64,000 nucleotides of DNA from Tubulanus polymorphus (Eukaryota; Animalia; Nemertea). Below the pieces are notes generated by a model. That model was given only the letters and a program-made list of their open reading frames with translations. It ran no database searches and was not told the DNA's origin. The stretch covers positions 4,092,001 to 4,156,000 of the forward strand of contig NC_134029.1 in the NCBI RefSeq assembly GCF_964204645.1, read 5' to 3'. The position numbers and the translations under genes were made by a program. Positions 1 through 11,781 of the stretch are shown here, one piece after another (position 1 is the first letter of the stretch; every line of letters begins with the position of its first letter).

Positions 1-76
1 TTCGTAAGTCGCCTGCTTTCCATAGGAAGCCAGCAAACGTTTAATCATAAGATCACAACAAAATGATGTGTGTACA

Positions 77-144
77 GTCGCAATGGCTCAGTTGGTACAG
101 CACATTACTAACACACTAAATCAGAGGTTCGACTCCCACTTAGG
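77..144 (+). pseudogene. Degenerate tRNA-like sequence or tRNA-derived SINE head
   Basis: A-box TGGCTCAGTTGG (84-95) and B-box GGTTCGACTCC (126-136) at tRNA spacing, with CTAACAC in the anticodon-loop position. Acceptor and anticodon stems do not pair properly. Confidence 0.5.
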
Positions 145-1464
145 AAATATATTTTTCTGATTAAACTACACAAGTTCCTATATTACCTGTGGCATCCACA
201 GGTACAGGTGCACCAGCTTCCCATGGACATAGTTCATCCAAGCTCCCGAGATTCCACACGGTCGCTACAGGCATGGGTGATCACAAACATATATTCCAAA
301 ATGCTACTACTAAATTCATGGCCACGGAATCAAGACGTTTGAAGTTCCGGGAACCCATGGTTGATCCATCGCTTTTTCATGAACGATTATTTCACGTGAC
401 GCGACCTTCAATTCGGGTCGCTAATGAAATCAGTGCATTTCGTAAAGACATCCGAAAACATACCGTCACTATTCACGTATGAATCCTCTAAAGATATTCA
501 AGAATCAAATATAATATAATACAGCGTAATGAAATAGTTACCTCGAAATCGTAATCCCACTGTTCAGAGGGAGAAGCCAGGGCAGGCAGAGGAATACAAA
601 AATAAGAGTGGATGTATAGACCATAGCTGAGCTGGCAAGAAAACAAAATTCAGAAATTCACCAAAATTCAATGATCGTGCAGCTCTGACTAGAGCTCTAC
701 CGTCAATTATTAGATTGCTTTCCTTTTTTTAAAACTTTAAATATTCGAAACAATTTTGTCTACTCGTTGCAACTGATTTCTAACTCTGCGAGAACTACGA
801 TTCCCAACAGAAACGAGAACTGAAGAAGTGTTCTATAGACGGATCTATTACTAGGATCATTTCACACTACAGATTATGAATACTACGTATCGAAAACAAG
901 TACTATACGTGAACATTTCGTGTGGTCAGCACACACACCGATAAAATGAAGAGCGCAGAAGCAAAAATCAGAGACAGAGATAGAAATCCATAGAGATAAC
1001 GATGACATGATTTTCCTTAAGTGAATGAAATGTTGATAAAATGTGTGAAAACACCAATTGAAAATACCGAAACCTCAAATTGCCAATCAATCAAATCACC
1101 CTTTTACAATTGATATCGATATCATAATTTAAATGATAAATTGAAATTTTTTTGAAAACAGCAAAATAATAAAAGCTCACTACACAACATATAGTAGGCC
1201 TAGTCGCATAATGATAAACGGGGCAAGAGATGGTTATTCAACTTTTGAATGGTGCTATCTTGCCAGCGTAAACAATTTAACATACGAATGAAAAGAGCAA
1301 GGGAGAGATAGAGAGAGATAAAGGGACTGCACATATCTTGCTAAAAGTCCCCGAACTGGAAGTACTTTAAAACCAGCAGCATTCTCCCGCACTATGGACA
1401 GGGAGTCTGAACAAACACTCTGAACGAATCGATGAATATATTCTATTCAGCGATCAATACTGAC

Positions 1465-4400
1465 CTGATCGGTTTCGTCCATTTTAAACGCCATTTTGCC
1501 GACAGCGTCGCCAACCTTGCTGAACAGACGCATGACGCCGGCGCCGCTCAGTGCAGACGTACTCGTCGCTTTTGGAAGTTCGCCGTCGGCTTCGAGGAAA
1601 TCGCGGAAGTCGGTGTCGTTTTGTAACACGGGATGAGCAGCAGTTCGATTTAAATATCTAGAAATCAAAATCGAGAAGATTATTTTCAACTATCGATTGA
1701 CGAATGAATGAATTGAAGCCAGAGGTTTACGTGATTGGCATGGCTGAAAGAAGTATCGCCACCAAAGATCGTGAGGGTTTATTGCTAAAGGAATTGATCA
1801 AACATCAAAATTTAAAACAGCAGAATTAAGATGTATCTATAGTAGAAGGTGCATGCTCTTCAGTTAATCCTGAATTTGAAGAGTACCGTAAGTGTAAAAA
1901 TTCAAGAAGGTTTCCTATGAATTAGAAAGTCTACGGCGAGTCACTACATTATTGTCTCTGAAAAAAATACATTATCTTTTTTGGTATTTCACCGGATTCA
2001 GAATTTAAGGAGTTTCAAATGCAATCTAGATGAGATCTAAAGGCCTTCAAAATATTTCTTTTATTGTCAGTTTTCAAGTAATCATATAGAATGAATATAC
2101 ACAAAGCACTGGACAATGAAGGACGTAAAATGCGACCAATACTCAGGAACAAAAACTAATCTCACAAACCTTTCTAATGCATTTCTCCTTCGCTCGACAA
2201 AATCAAACGAACCGGTTTCATCTTTCGACATCTTTACTTTAGTCATTCCTAATGCAGCAGAGAAAAGAGCATTAGACGAAGAAAAGCGAAAAAAAGTCTG
2301 AACGTTCAGCATCAATTGAATACATACATACCTATTACGCTCTTTTCAGGGGCTGGGGGAATAATTTTTCCTTCGGCAAGGTATTTTTCCACTAGTTTTT
2401 CGTGAAGCCCGAGGAAGTCGCTAAATCTTCTCATAACGATCAGTTCCGACGACCGAAATGTGGGAATGTTTGTCTGGAAATACCCGTTATGCAGAATACA
2501 ATTATAGAACATGAAAGTTTCCGAATAACAACTGTGATCAAAAAGTCAGATATATGTCGAAATAGAACATGTACAGAGCTGTCCATAACGCAGAATATTG
2601 GCACAATCAATAGCCCCTATTTTGACTTATATCTCACTGTCTAAACCAGTTTCCGATAAAAAGTTGACCGCAAGTTTAACTTACCTTAGTGATGACTTTA
2701 TAAGACATGTACGCACCCATTCCATCACCAACTTTGGAGGGATCGGTTACTGAAATATCGATATTGAACTTATCACCGCTTTCCTCTTCGTCAATCTAGA
2801 AATGAAAAGTAAACAATTCACCAGAATAAATACATGATTTTATGAGGCTCAGAAAATTTCATTCATCTTTTATAGAATATATAACAGGGTCCCAGTCCCT
2901 ACAGATCGGTCATTCCTGGTTATAAGGAAATTTCAAATTTCAAGGAAGTGCCCGAATCACTTTCACATCTCAATTACTATAGACTGTCCTTGACCTAATC
3001 TGTACTGTTTAGGCTATCTAGTTTAACAGGTAATTTGGTGCTTTTGTAAGCAAATTCTTATCCTTTATGCCAATAAACTTTTCGGTAAATTCTTATTCGG
3101 TTACTGCCTAATTAGGTAAAGAATCCTGGTCCCAACTGTACTGATCAAGGAGTAGTTAACTGTGCAACTACAAATATCTCTAATTACCTATTTCTCAATA
3201 TTCAAGGAGTTTTGGGCATTTTGCTCAAATTAAAGGAATTTCAAGCTGTTTAGGACTTAACAAGGAATCAGGGAGTCCTAGGGACCCAGTTATTATTTGA
3301 GAATTCCCTCCAGTTATAAGGTCCATACCTCTTCTCTAGAGCGAGATGACTTCGAAATGGAACTGGCGGCAGATTTCGTCGAAGCGCTTGATATTCCCAT
3401 TTTTGGCGGCTCCTCTTCGTCGAACAACAAACTTGGTTCTTTCTCGTTGCTGTCGGCTTTTGACTCTTCATCGTCTAGTGATATCTCTGTGTGCTTTTCA
3501 TCTGAAATGCATCATCGATATATTGTAGGGTGGTACATAACAATTGAAAGAAAATCAAATGAACACTATCAACACGGTTCTTACAGATTAGACAGGGTTT
3601 TTATGGGATGGCCAATTTCATTTTCTATACCTTTTCAGATTAGGAAATTTCCATCCCTAAAGTTACACCCTTCCAACTTAGAACACAAACAAACAGGCAA
3701 TAGGCATATAAGCTGATTCAAAGTAAGTGAATACCATTGACTGGTTTCTTAATGCGTTTCTCATTATCAAATGTGTAGTAGCTATAAACAATGAGTTATG
3801 TAGAAAGTGACAACTCCTATGTTATCAAAATTGTCAGTAAGACAATTCCTTTAGCCTTAAGTCCAGCACAAAAAAAAATTTACTTTGAGACCATTTCTGA
3901 TTTCCCAAACCTTTTCCATAGCCATAGTTTATAAACAAAATTTCCATATTGTTTCAAAGACCTATAAATTTTTTTTGTTTTTTCCAAAACTTCCCAAAAT
4001 CTGCAAGAATCCTGATTCGAGAATCAAAAAAATTCCCTAATCAGATTAGAATATCACCCTCAGTGGGGGCTGTTTCTTTTTTGTGCACCTTGCCACCAGC
4101 TAGAACGACAAGACACCAAAAATTCAAATTCAAAGTCAGAATTATCTGATTTTTCCTGCAGGGAAAAATAAATCTGGAATCCCCTGATCTGTAAGACGCT
4201 GCTGTATCAATAACTTATAAAATGACAAACCTTTGAACAAGTCTTCAGAGTCTGAACTGTCCTTTTTAGTTGGCACAGTCTATAAAAGAATAAATCAATT
4301 AAGCACCTCAAAAAAGATTTTCTTATAGTGTAACATTTATAATTCAATCCACAACCCCTTTTATCATTATTAATGATAAGTTTTTAAAAGTATGCCGATG

Positions 4401-5273
4401 CAAATTTCCAATTAGGAATACATTACAGGCTAGATTTACGCCATATAATTTCGAGTGGTTAATTCACATTTGGGCATGCACATTAAGGGTCACGACTCCG
4501 AGAGAGTGTCTTCACTGAAAACTTGGAAACTGGCTGGACATTGATCCATTCCCAAGTCTGGCCATCCTCGCTTGCCAGGGGTCCGGTATCGCTCCCCGAA
4601 CTCGCTTCCACCAGCCCCCTGACCTCACGACGCGTGATTTCATTACTAGCACTGTTGCGCATGACGTCATATATCGACATGCAAAATACTTCTTTGTTCG
4701 GTAAAACATTCGCTGATTGGTCCATTCAACGGGAAACTTGTTCCTTGTTACAAGCGCTGTGATTGGTACGACTGGATTCTGGTCAGCTAGAAACAACTCC
4801 AACAACTCATGAGGTCAAGGGCATAGTGGGTTCAAATCCCTTGACGGGTGAAGATGAAGTCTGGCCAAGCCCAAGATTGAGAAATTTATGTAATGAACAG
4901 TTGCTCAGTGCTGACTTGGTACTGGGGCCAGACCACCTGAGTTATTAGAATCGATGTTCCTGAGTTGAGCCTGTGTTAGTGCCGACGAGTCAGGGAGATT
5001 AAGACTTGACTAGAGCCGGCATTTATTTTTCTTTGGGGGGGAGGGGGCGCTGATTGTGATTCATTCATGATTGATCAGTCAAAAAAGGGAACGAAGCCTA
5101 CACATTTAACAGATAAATACTGATCAGATCAAATTTGAAATAAAGCATCATCTCCTGTTTTGTATATTTACACTGTTCGCTGATGAGAATAAATCATCGG
5201 GCTCCGGAGAGTCTTTTTTACTGTCATCGTCGTCGTCGAAAAGTGGGGGTGGTTCTCGATCATCGTCCGCCAT
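1465..5273 (-). CDS. SNX2: Sorting nexin 1/2 (PX-BAR); 5' part, gene continues beyond the left edge
   Basis: Spliced exons ~5172-5273 ([12 protein letters not shown]), 4231-4279, 3329-3501, 2685-2796 ([21 protein letters not shown]), ~2331-2473 ([22 protein letters not shown]), 2170-2249 ([20 protein letters not shown]), 1465-1657 ([30 protein letters not shown]). These are SNX1/2 signature motifs with GT-AG borders. Confidence 0.93.
2885..3289. mobile_element. MITE-like element, family A copy 1
   Basis: Starts CAGGGTCCC..CCCTACAGATCGGTCATTCCTG and ends AAGGAATCA..TAGGGACCCAG (inverted termini). The same ends recur at 8077 and 36574. Confidence 0.7.
4760..5015 (+). mobile_element. Possible tRNA-derived SINE-like insertion in SNX intron 1
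   Basis: GC-richer block with B-box-like GGTTCAAATCC at 4829-4839. No credible protein; boundaries uncertain. Confidence 0.3.
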
Positions 5274-5281
5274 CTTGTCTG

Positions 5282-5291
5282 GTCACGTGAT
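5282..5291. promoter_or_regulatory. CLEAR/E-box-like motif GTCACGTGAT just upstream of the SNX ATG
   Basis: 9/10 match to the TFEB/USF palindrome GTCACGTGAC, within 10 nt of the start codon of an endosomal gene. Confidence 0.4.
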
Positions 5292-7089
5292 CTCGCAGTT
5301 ATGTCTATAACCCGGCCAGCGGACTTCGAATGACGGATGCTGTTCAGTTCATTTTATATTCAAGTTTAAGTTAATTTATTGTTCAGAACGGAAAGATTCT
5401 ATCAAGCAAAATACATACGAAAGTAAAATATAAGAAAAAATAGTTCACATCGTCGTATGAGGAACATTCGCTTGCCACAGTAGGGTAGGGGATATTCGCT
5501 TGCCACAGCGGACTGGATGGAGCTCGATCGCCTACTCCGAATACGTTCATAAAGTCATTTGTCCCTGCTCATCTTCTGAGTAGGCTACTTCTTCGCTGGG
5601 TATCGTCTCGATCAGTACTGCACTTAATTTCTTCTATTTCTTGTGTCCCTGATCACACCGAGCTCACTGGGATGTCAATGGTCAGGCCTACCTGGAGTCC
5701 CCCGCCTGGTCCCTTTATGGCAGTGGCCGACGGATCGACTGATCGCTGTTCTATTCAATCAAACCACAAATTTCTTTAATGATTTCATAAATTGACCATC
5801 ACTGACCAATTCAAACTTCTCGAACATGAGAACGATATACCGCGTTTAGTGTCAGACTAAAGGATTCAAATTCATAAATCGACCACACTGACCAATTCAA
5901 ACTTCTCGAATATGAGAAAGAGTCACCGCAAGTGATAAAAGTCAATACTATTTATTCGAAGAAGCTCTTAAGTTAGAACTCTAGGTGAAAATCGAAGTAG
6001 TCAACTCATTGGTCAAATCCGTCATGTCGTTATACAACTTCTCTAATATGGCCTTTGGAAAATCAAAGCCATGTGAATAGTACATTTCACAGTTCTGTAC
6101 TCAATTGTACGCAGAACACCGGCTAACGGTATGAACTCAAAGCTGCTCTAAAATTTTTGGTACAACTTTTAAGGCGCACCGGATTGGTCAGTCGTCCAAG
6201 ATACATTTAAATGATTTCCAATCGAAGAAATTGGTTTTCAAAGAAAGGTTAAAAAAGCATAGCCAGTATGTGCAGAACTGTAGGCGGGGTCCAACACTTT
6301 TTGGCCAAGTCATGATTTTTAAAACATCATTAAAATCCAAAAACGAGAATATTATGCATATTAACTTTTTTATACGTCTAAAGGTCTAAAATTTTATGTC
6401 GAAATATTTTCGCACATACAACTCTTTAAAATCCTGACTACTTAAGGTTCAGGCTAAAGCACATTATTTCACACTAAGTAATATAAAATGTAAAAATTCA
6501 GTGGCGATTTCTTTTACGCACGGTTAAGATATGCGGTCCTTGGTTTCACATCGTCACTGTTCTCAATTGTTGCGTTCAAAAATTCCAAGAATCGCCAACA
6601 AATATCTGCATTTCATTTCCTTTAAAATGGTGTATAAATTGATTTCGTCGAGCAAGGGACTGCAGAACTATATGATATTCAATGTAAACTTATGTTTTAA
6701 AAATGAGCGCAAATTATCGCAACAATGGGGACCTCGCGGGACCGCCACAAAATGGCGCCTAGAAACTGGAAACTTCTTTATTTGATAATATCTATATACA
6801 ATAACATGAAAATAATTTTTAATCTTACATTCGATATTGAATTCACTAGATATTAAGTAATTGGATAATTGTCCTAATTTGTCCTAGCTATATACTAATC
6901 GTTCGTTAAACCTTACGCTTTCCAGAGAAAATTTTTGTTTATAAAGTTTTCATCTCTGGTTTTAGTGCTGAGGTTTACTGGGGGTTCTCGACCTGTGGAG
7001 ATAGTGATACATATATTTGAAAAATAATATAAAAGTACAAGAAGATTGTTGAAAAACTAAAAGCACAGAAAGAATGTTTTAGTTTTTTT

Positions 7090-7460
7090 TTAGTTTTTAG
7101 TTTGTTAATGTTGTGAAGACTCCTTGTAAAGTGTGCCTTTTTATAGATATTGTTAGCTTCGGGTGGAAACGCAGAGCTGGAGTCGTATTTCCAAATCCAA
7201 GAAAGTGGTCGCGGAACCACTTTTTCGGCATAACACTCCTGAAGGAACTTGATTTTACTTTTGGCAGTCCTGGATTTGATATAGAATTTCTCATAATTTC
7301 GAAAAAGTGGTCCCGCGATCACTTTCTTGGATTTGGAAATACGACTCCAGCTGACTGGAGATGACTATTAGGATATAGTCGAAACGTTGAAATAAACTAC
7401 TATCTCGAAGTTTCATTTTCGGACTTTTTCGTTATAATTGTGGGATTCTCTCTAAGTGTT
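7090..7460. mobile_element. Penelope-like retroelement remnant with an inverted segment and a minimal hammerhead motif
   Basis: Minus-strand RNYEKFYIKSRTAKSKIKFLQECYAEKVVPRPL resembles PLE ORF N-termini. 52-bp inverted repeat 7176-7227 / 7300-7351. CTGGAGA-T-GACTAT-TAGGAT-ATAGTC-GAAACGTT at 7355-7388, followed by AATAAA. Confidence 0.65.
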
Positions 7461-8076
7461 TAATTGAGTTACTTAAGAAACTAAAGAAATTGAACATTAA
7501 TTTTCATGAAAATCAAAAATCGAATTTGGAGAACGAAACGACCGACCGACCGGGTGTGTATTCAATAGCACTTTCTCATTACATGAAATTCTACGGTACA
7601 AAATAATTCGTGAAAAGAAATTCATTTTTAAGAATCTTATCTTATAGAATCGTAATTATAGATCTTCGGCTAACCAATACGCGTCGAAAGAAAAGGAAAA
7701 AATGATCCCTGAAATTCTCCTGCTGTCTACGATTAATATGTTCATAGATTATAAAGAGACAATTCTAACCAACCTACAACAGCACATACGTGTTCAATTA
7801 TACCACCATTATCAGAATATCAATTAAGACTGATCAGATATTTCAGTCAATCAATTCATAGCACATTACATTATTTGTGGCACCTAGGGTACAACGGTTA
7901 AAATAAGTTATCAATTTATACACGGCCCTCGAAACGTATTTCGACGGTCGTGTTTGTTTGTATCGTTTTTTTCCCTTTCCGTAAGTCTCTCTTCGGCACC
8001 AAAGTATTACGATAATATTAATACAGTAAAACCCGCTTAATTCGGATCATTACGATGAAATTCATCCAGTTTACGA

Positions 8077-8179
8077 CAGGCTCCCTACAGATCAATCATT
8101 CCTGCGGGATATACAGGAATATATGTATATATTTTCCATTTAGAAGTTTTAAAGGAATCAAGGAGTCGTAGGGACCTTG
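8077..8179. mobile_element. MITE-like element, family A copy 2 (internally deleted)
   Basis: CAGGCTCCCTACAGATCAATCATTCCTG ... AAGGAATCAAGGAGTCGTAGGGACCTTG. Confidence 0.65.
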
Positions 8180-9390
8180 TATGAGAAATCTGTAAGTAAC
8201 ATCATACTGTTCATTAAATGTGTACAGTACATTAAGCGGACAGTTGGATTAGATGGACATCCGAATTACATCGCGTCAACACGGATATAGTGTTCTATCA
8301 ATCGTAACCAATGTCTATATTTTAAGCGCTTTTATTTCATTTCCATTCAGCTGATTTATCAAAGGTCTATTGCAGTATATAAATAGACTGATTTCCGTTG
8401 AGATAGATTTCTGTTTTTTAGACTTATCTTTTAGGGCCTATTCATGGCGAATAGAATATTCATAGAAATAAAACTGTAAGTTCATTCTTTTTTTCATCTT
8501 ATTCTTTGTGTCCTGGGAGAATATGGCGGCTTCAAAGGATTCCTTTCATAATCTAAATCTATGACGTGATAAGATTTTTGATTGTGGTAACGCATTTGCT
8601 GATTATTTTATCACCTATATATTACATGCTACCGTAGTGATTATCTTAGTTGTGAATAGACCGTGGTTTATCTGAACTGATGAGTTTAAAAGGTCTTTCT
8701 TTAATTAAAAATTTCTTTCTTAATTTGTGTGTGAATAATCTACAGTTGTGTCGGAAACATTTCTCAATACTGTAATTACATACGTAAAAAACAGAGCGTC
8801 GATCCTACGGACAAAACCGAAAATTGATATGTAAATCAACACTTTTTGACCATTCTACGCGCGAATTGTGGAAATGACTTAGGCCCTTCGTTAGATCTCA
8901 ATAATTTTGTTCTGCATCAAATTTTTGAACTGAATTCATGTTGGTACTGAGTGAAGACGTTACTGAACAAGACGTATTGAGGAAGGACCAAATCCAAAGA
9001 TCAAACCAGTATTAGTAGTACCAACGAAAAAATGTTACCTCTGAACCGAATGTTAGCGTCGACAGTGGACAATTATATCGATATTCTTTAATGCTTTTTT
9101 CTGCATCGCGGTAACTGGATCTCACACCGTAGTAACTGGAGCTATGATGCTTCTCGATATAACTATCGAAGACATCACCGAGATTTAACCGAAATCGATT
9201 AGATATTCATCACGTCCAACGATTCCTGAAAATCCGTGTATTCGCCACAAAAAAAATAGTGTAATTTTCTAAACACTAATGCTTATGACGAGGAAGAGCT
9301 TCGAGAATGAAGTCAATCAAAGTCCCGAACTCGGGAACACCGACATTATAGTCATAATATAATGTTAGAATTTCTGGCCATCCATACAAA

Positions 9391-9459
9391 AATAACCCGT
9401 TGCCCATCACTGATGCTGGTGTATATAGAATTTCTTGTTTGTAATGTAATAAATGTTAC
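9391..9459 (+). pseudogene. GIY-YIG endonuclease fragment (Penelope type)
   Basis: Translates to NNPLPITDAGVYRISCL*CNKCY, matching the GVY-x-I-x-C-xx-C-xxx-Y(IG) pattern, with an in-frame stop. Confidence 0.55.
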
Positions 9460-10281
9460 GACTCCACATTGTTTAATCGCCCTCAATAGATTCATACTAT
9501 AATCCATGTGTCAATGGTAAAGCCTCGGACACACTGGGCGATTTCGTCGGCCGATTTCGTCGCGTGTCTGAGGCTTAACCTTGGTTCTTCTCCCCGCACC
9601 TCTCTGGTCAATATCGCCTATAGTTATGTGTGCAATAGTGTATATTAAGATTCTTTCCGTTGTATAATGATTAATATTTTGTATTTCTGGTAATTCCGCG
9701 ATTTTAGTGGAAAAGCGAAAACTCGGATTTAGTAATAAATTTCTAAATTTCGTCATTTCAACTTTTCGGCTTTCTGTGGGATTAACTAATGCTTATGATC
9801 TTAAAAAAGTAAATCTACGCACTGCATCCACGAAACTCGTAGGGAGTTTTTCGCATTATCTCAGAAATAGATCATTTTCTGCACCACTTTCTCTTATTTC
9901 TGCACACGCATTGCTCTCCCATCTTCTGAACATTTAATTATGATTTTTGGAAGATAGAAGCCTTTCTATTTGACGTGAGGCTTAATTTGTGGCGAACAGC
10001 AATTCCATCTGATCCGTGATTGGTCAAATGGAGAACTCTGACAGAGAACCAGGCAGAAGTGATCGCATTCGCGCGCATTTTACTTCGGGAACGCAGTGGA
10101 ATCAGTTCAAGACGGTAAGAAATTATATTTGTGTCTTCCGTTTCGCAATCATAGTATTCTGCTTATGAATGATAACAACATCTATTCAATCATCGAAGTA
10201 GACAAGATGAACCAAAAACTAAAATTTCACTTCTCAATCATTACTTTAATCCGTCGTGGATATTTATGGGGATGTAAATCG

Positions 10282-10357
10282 TAGATCTCTCAAAACAGCC
10301 TTACGCGTAATCTATATTAGATCTCTCAAAACAGCCTTACGCGTAATCTATATTAGT
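10282..10357. repeat. 36-bp tandem duplication
   Basis: TAGATCTCTCAAAACAGCCTTACGCGTAATCTATAT x2. Confidence 0.9.
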
Positions 10358-10734
10358 GTTAATGCCTATGATTTATTTTACGTAGATTGTTACAGACGTG
10401 ATACACGAAGATTGTTTTGGAATATTATTTCGTCACTGCCGTGTGAAGATATATCTGTTTGGTCACTCTCTTGGCGTTGACGAGTCTGGGCACCCCTCAA
10501 ATCAGTGATACAGAAATGACTATAACGATGCATTGGTAAATTCGAAAAACGACACAGTTTTCCAGCGAATTTCTACTGCAGCTAATTAACTGAATTTTAT
10601 GACGGTAGCATCATACCCGATTGGAAATACAAACAGTGGGAACGGCAGCAATAGGCCTCATTAGACAACCCATTATAACTAAACCTCCGGAGAATCGAAG
10701 TGTTAACTTTGAACTAAATCTACAGAGGAGCGCC

Positions 10735-11781
10735 ATGGATCTCAACGAAACCTCTCAAATCAACGAAACTTGTCCACAATACAATTTTGTGTACGTAACT
10801 GTTACTGGTTTGGAATATTACGCGCCACCAGTAATTGTCATTGTCGGCTTATTCGGCAACATCCTGACATTTCTCGCCATGGTGAAAGGAAGCAATCGAA
10901 AAAAATCCACATGTTTCTATATGGCATCGCTGGCTATAGCTGATAGTTTTGTGCTTTTCCTTTACTTGATGTTGTGGATGCTGACTTATTTCACCGCTAA
11001 TCTGTTCAATGAATGGGTTTGTAAAATACGCAAGTATCTAATCATGGTGGGGTTTCGAGTTTCGTCGTGGATAATTGTTGTAATGTCAGTGGAGCGGGCC
11101 TTGGTAACTGTTTACCCGTTAAAGGCCTGTAGATGGTGCACATTGAAAACTGCCATGATATCTGTAAGCGTCACAGTAATTCTAATGCTGGTAACCAATA
11201 TACAATACATCTACATATCGGGTTTGACGTATCTACCAAATGTAAACAAATGGCAATGTATCTTCCCGTATGTGAACGAATTTTGGTCACAAGTGATAAA
11301 CGTCACTGGTCTGCTCTCAGGGACAATATTACCTTTTACGGGGGTCCTAGTCAGCAATGCTATGATTATTTACGGAATTCGCGCGGTACGAAAAGATTTG
11401 GGAAACCAGCGGAACTGGTCACAGGAAGCGAGACTTACTAGGTCATTGTTATTAGTGTCCTTCACCTTCTTATTTCTCGTTTCTCCTTTCCGTTTTCTTA
11501 TCATCATAAAAGATGAACTTAGCTTGGCCAAATGTTCCAATGAATCGGCGATCCTGGTGGTCGTATCTGCAATTACCAGGTGCCTACTATACATAAATAA
11601 CGCTATTAATTTCATTCTGTACTGTATCGCCGGCGGAAACAGCTTTCGCCGAAGCATCTTCGACATTTTGACTTGCAACGAATTTCGTAGCAAGAAATCT
11701 GTTAGCAGTTCGAATTCAGAAAGACCATCCTGCTCACATAAGGACGCGTATAGACTAAGCGATAGAATTAACTACATGTAA
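10735..11781 (+). CDS. Class A (rhodopsin-like) GPCR, FMRFamide/peptide-receptor-like, single coding exon (348 aa)
   Basis: Seven hydrophobic segments; GLFGN (TM1), LAIADS (TM2), SVERALV (E/DRY variant), ILPF (TM5), NNAINFILY (NPxxY variant); N-terminal NET sequons. The ATG at 10735 follows an acceptor-like TCTACAG. Confidence 0.92.
   Translation: MDLNETSQINETCPQYNFVYVTVTGLEYYAPPVIVIVGLFGNILTFLAMVKGSNRKKSTCFYMASLAIADSFVLFLYLMLWMLTYFTANLFNEWVCKIRKYLIMVGFRVSSWIIVVMSVERALVTVYPLKACRWCTLKTAMISVSVTVILMLVTNIQYIYISGLTYLPNVNKWQCIFPYVNEFWSQVINVTGLLSGTILPFTGVLVSNAMIIYGIRAVRKDLGNQRNWSQEARLTRSLLLVSFTFLFLVSPFRFLIIIKDELSLAKCSNESAILVVVSAITRCLLYINNAINFILYCIAGGNSFRRSIFDILTCNEFRSKKSVSSSNSERPSCSHKDAYRLSDRINYM

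Noticed and set aside
5785-5918. ~47-bp imperfect direct repeat, plus a 15-bp repeat at 5466/5494
   Set aside because: Simple local duplications with no functional signature.
8880-9940. Coding-like stretches including ORFs 9511-9756 and 9707-9937
   Set aside because: Stops in all frames and no recognisable domain apart from the GIY-YIG fragment; probably decayed TE sequence.
10621-10734. N-terminal extension of the GPCR ORF from a TTG start
   Set aside because: Artefact of non-ATG ORF calling; an acceptor and a Kozak-like GCCATGG define 10735.
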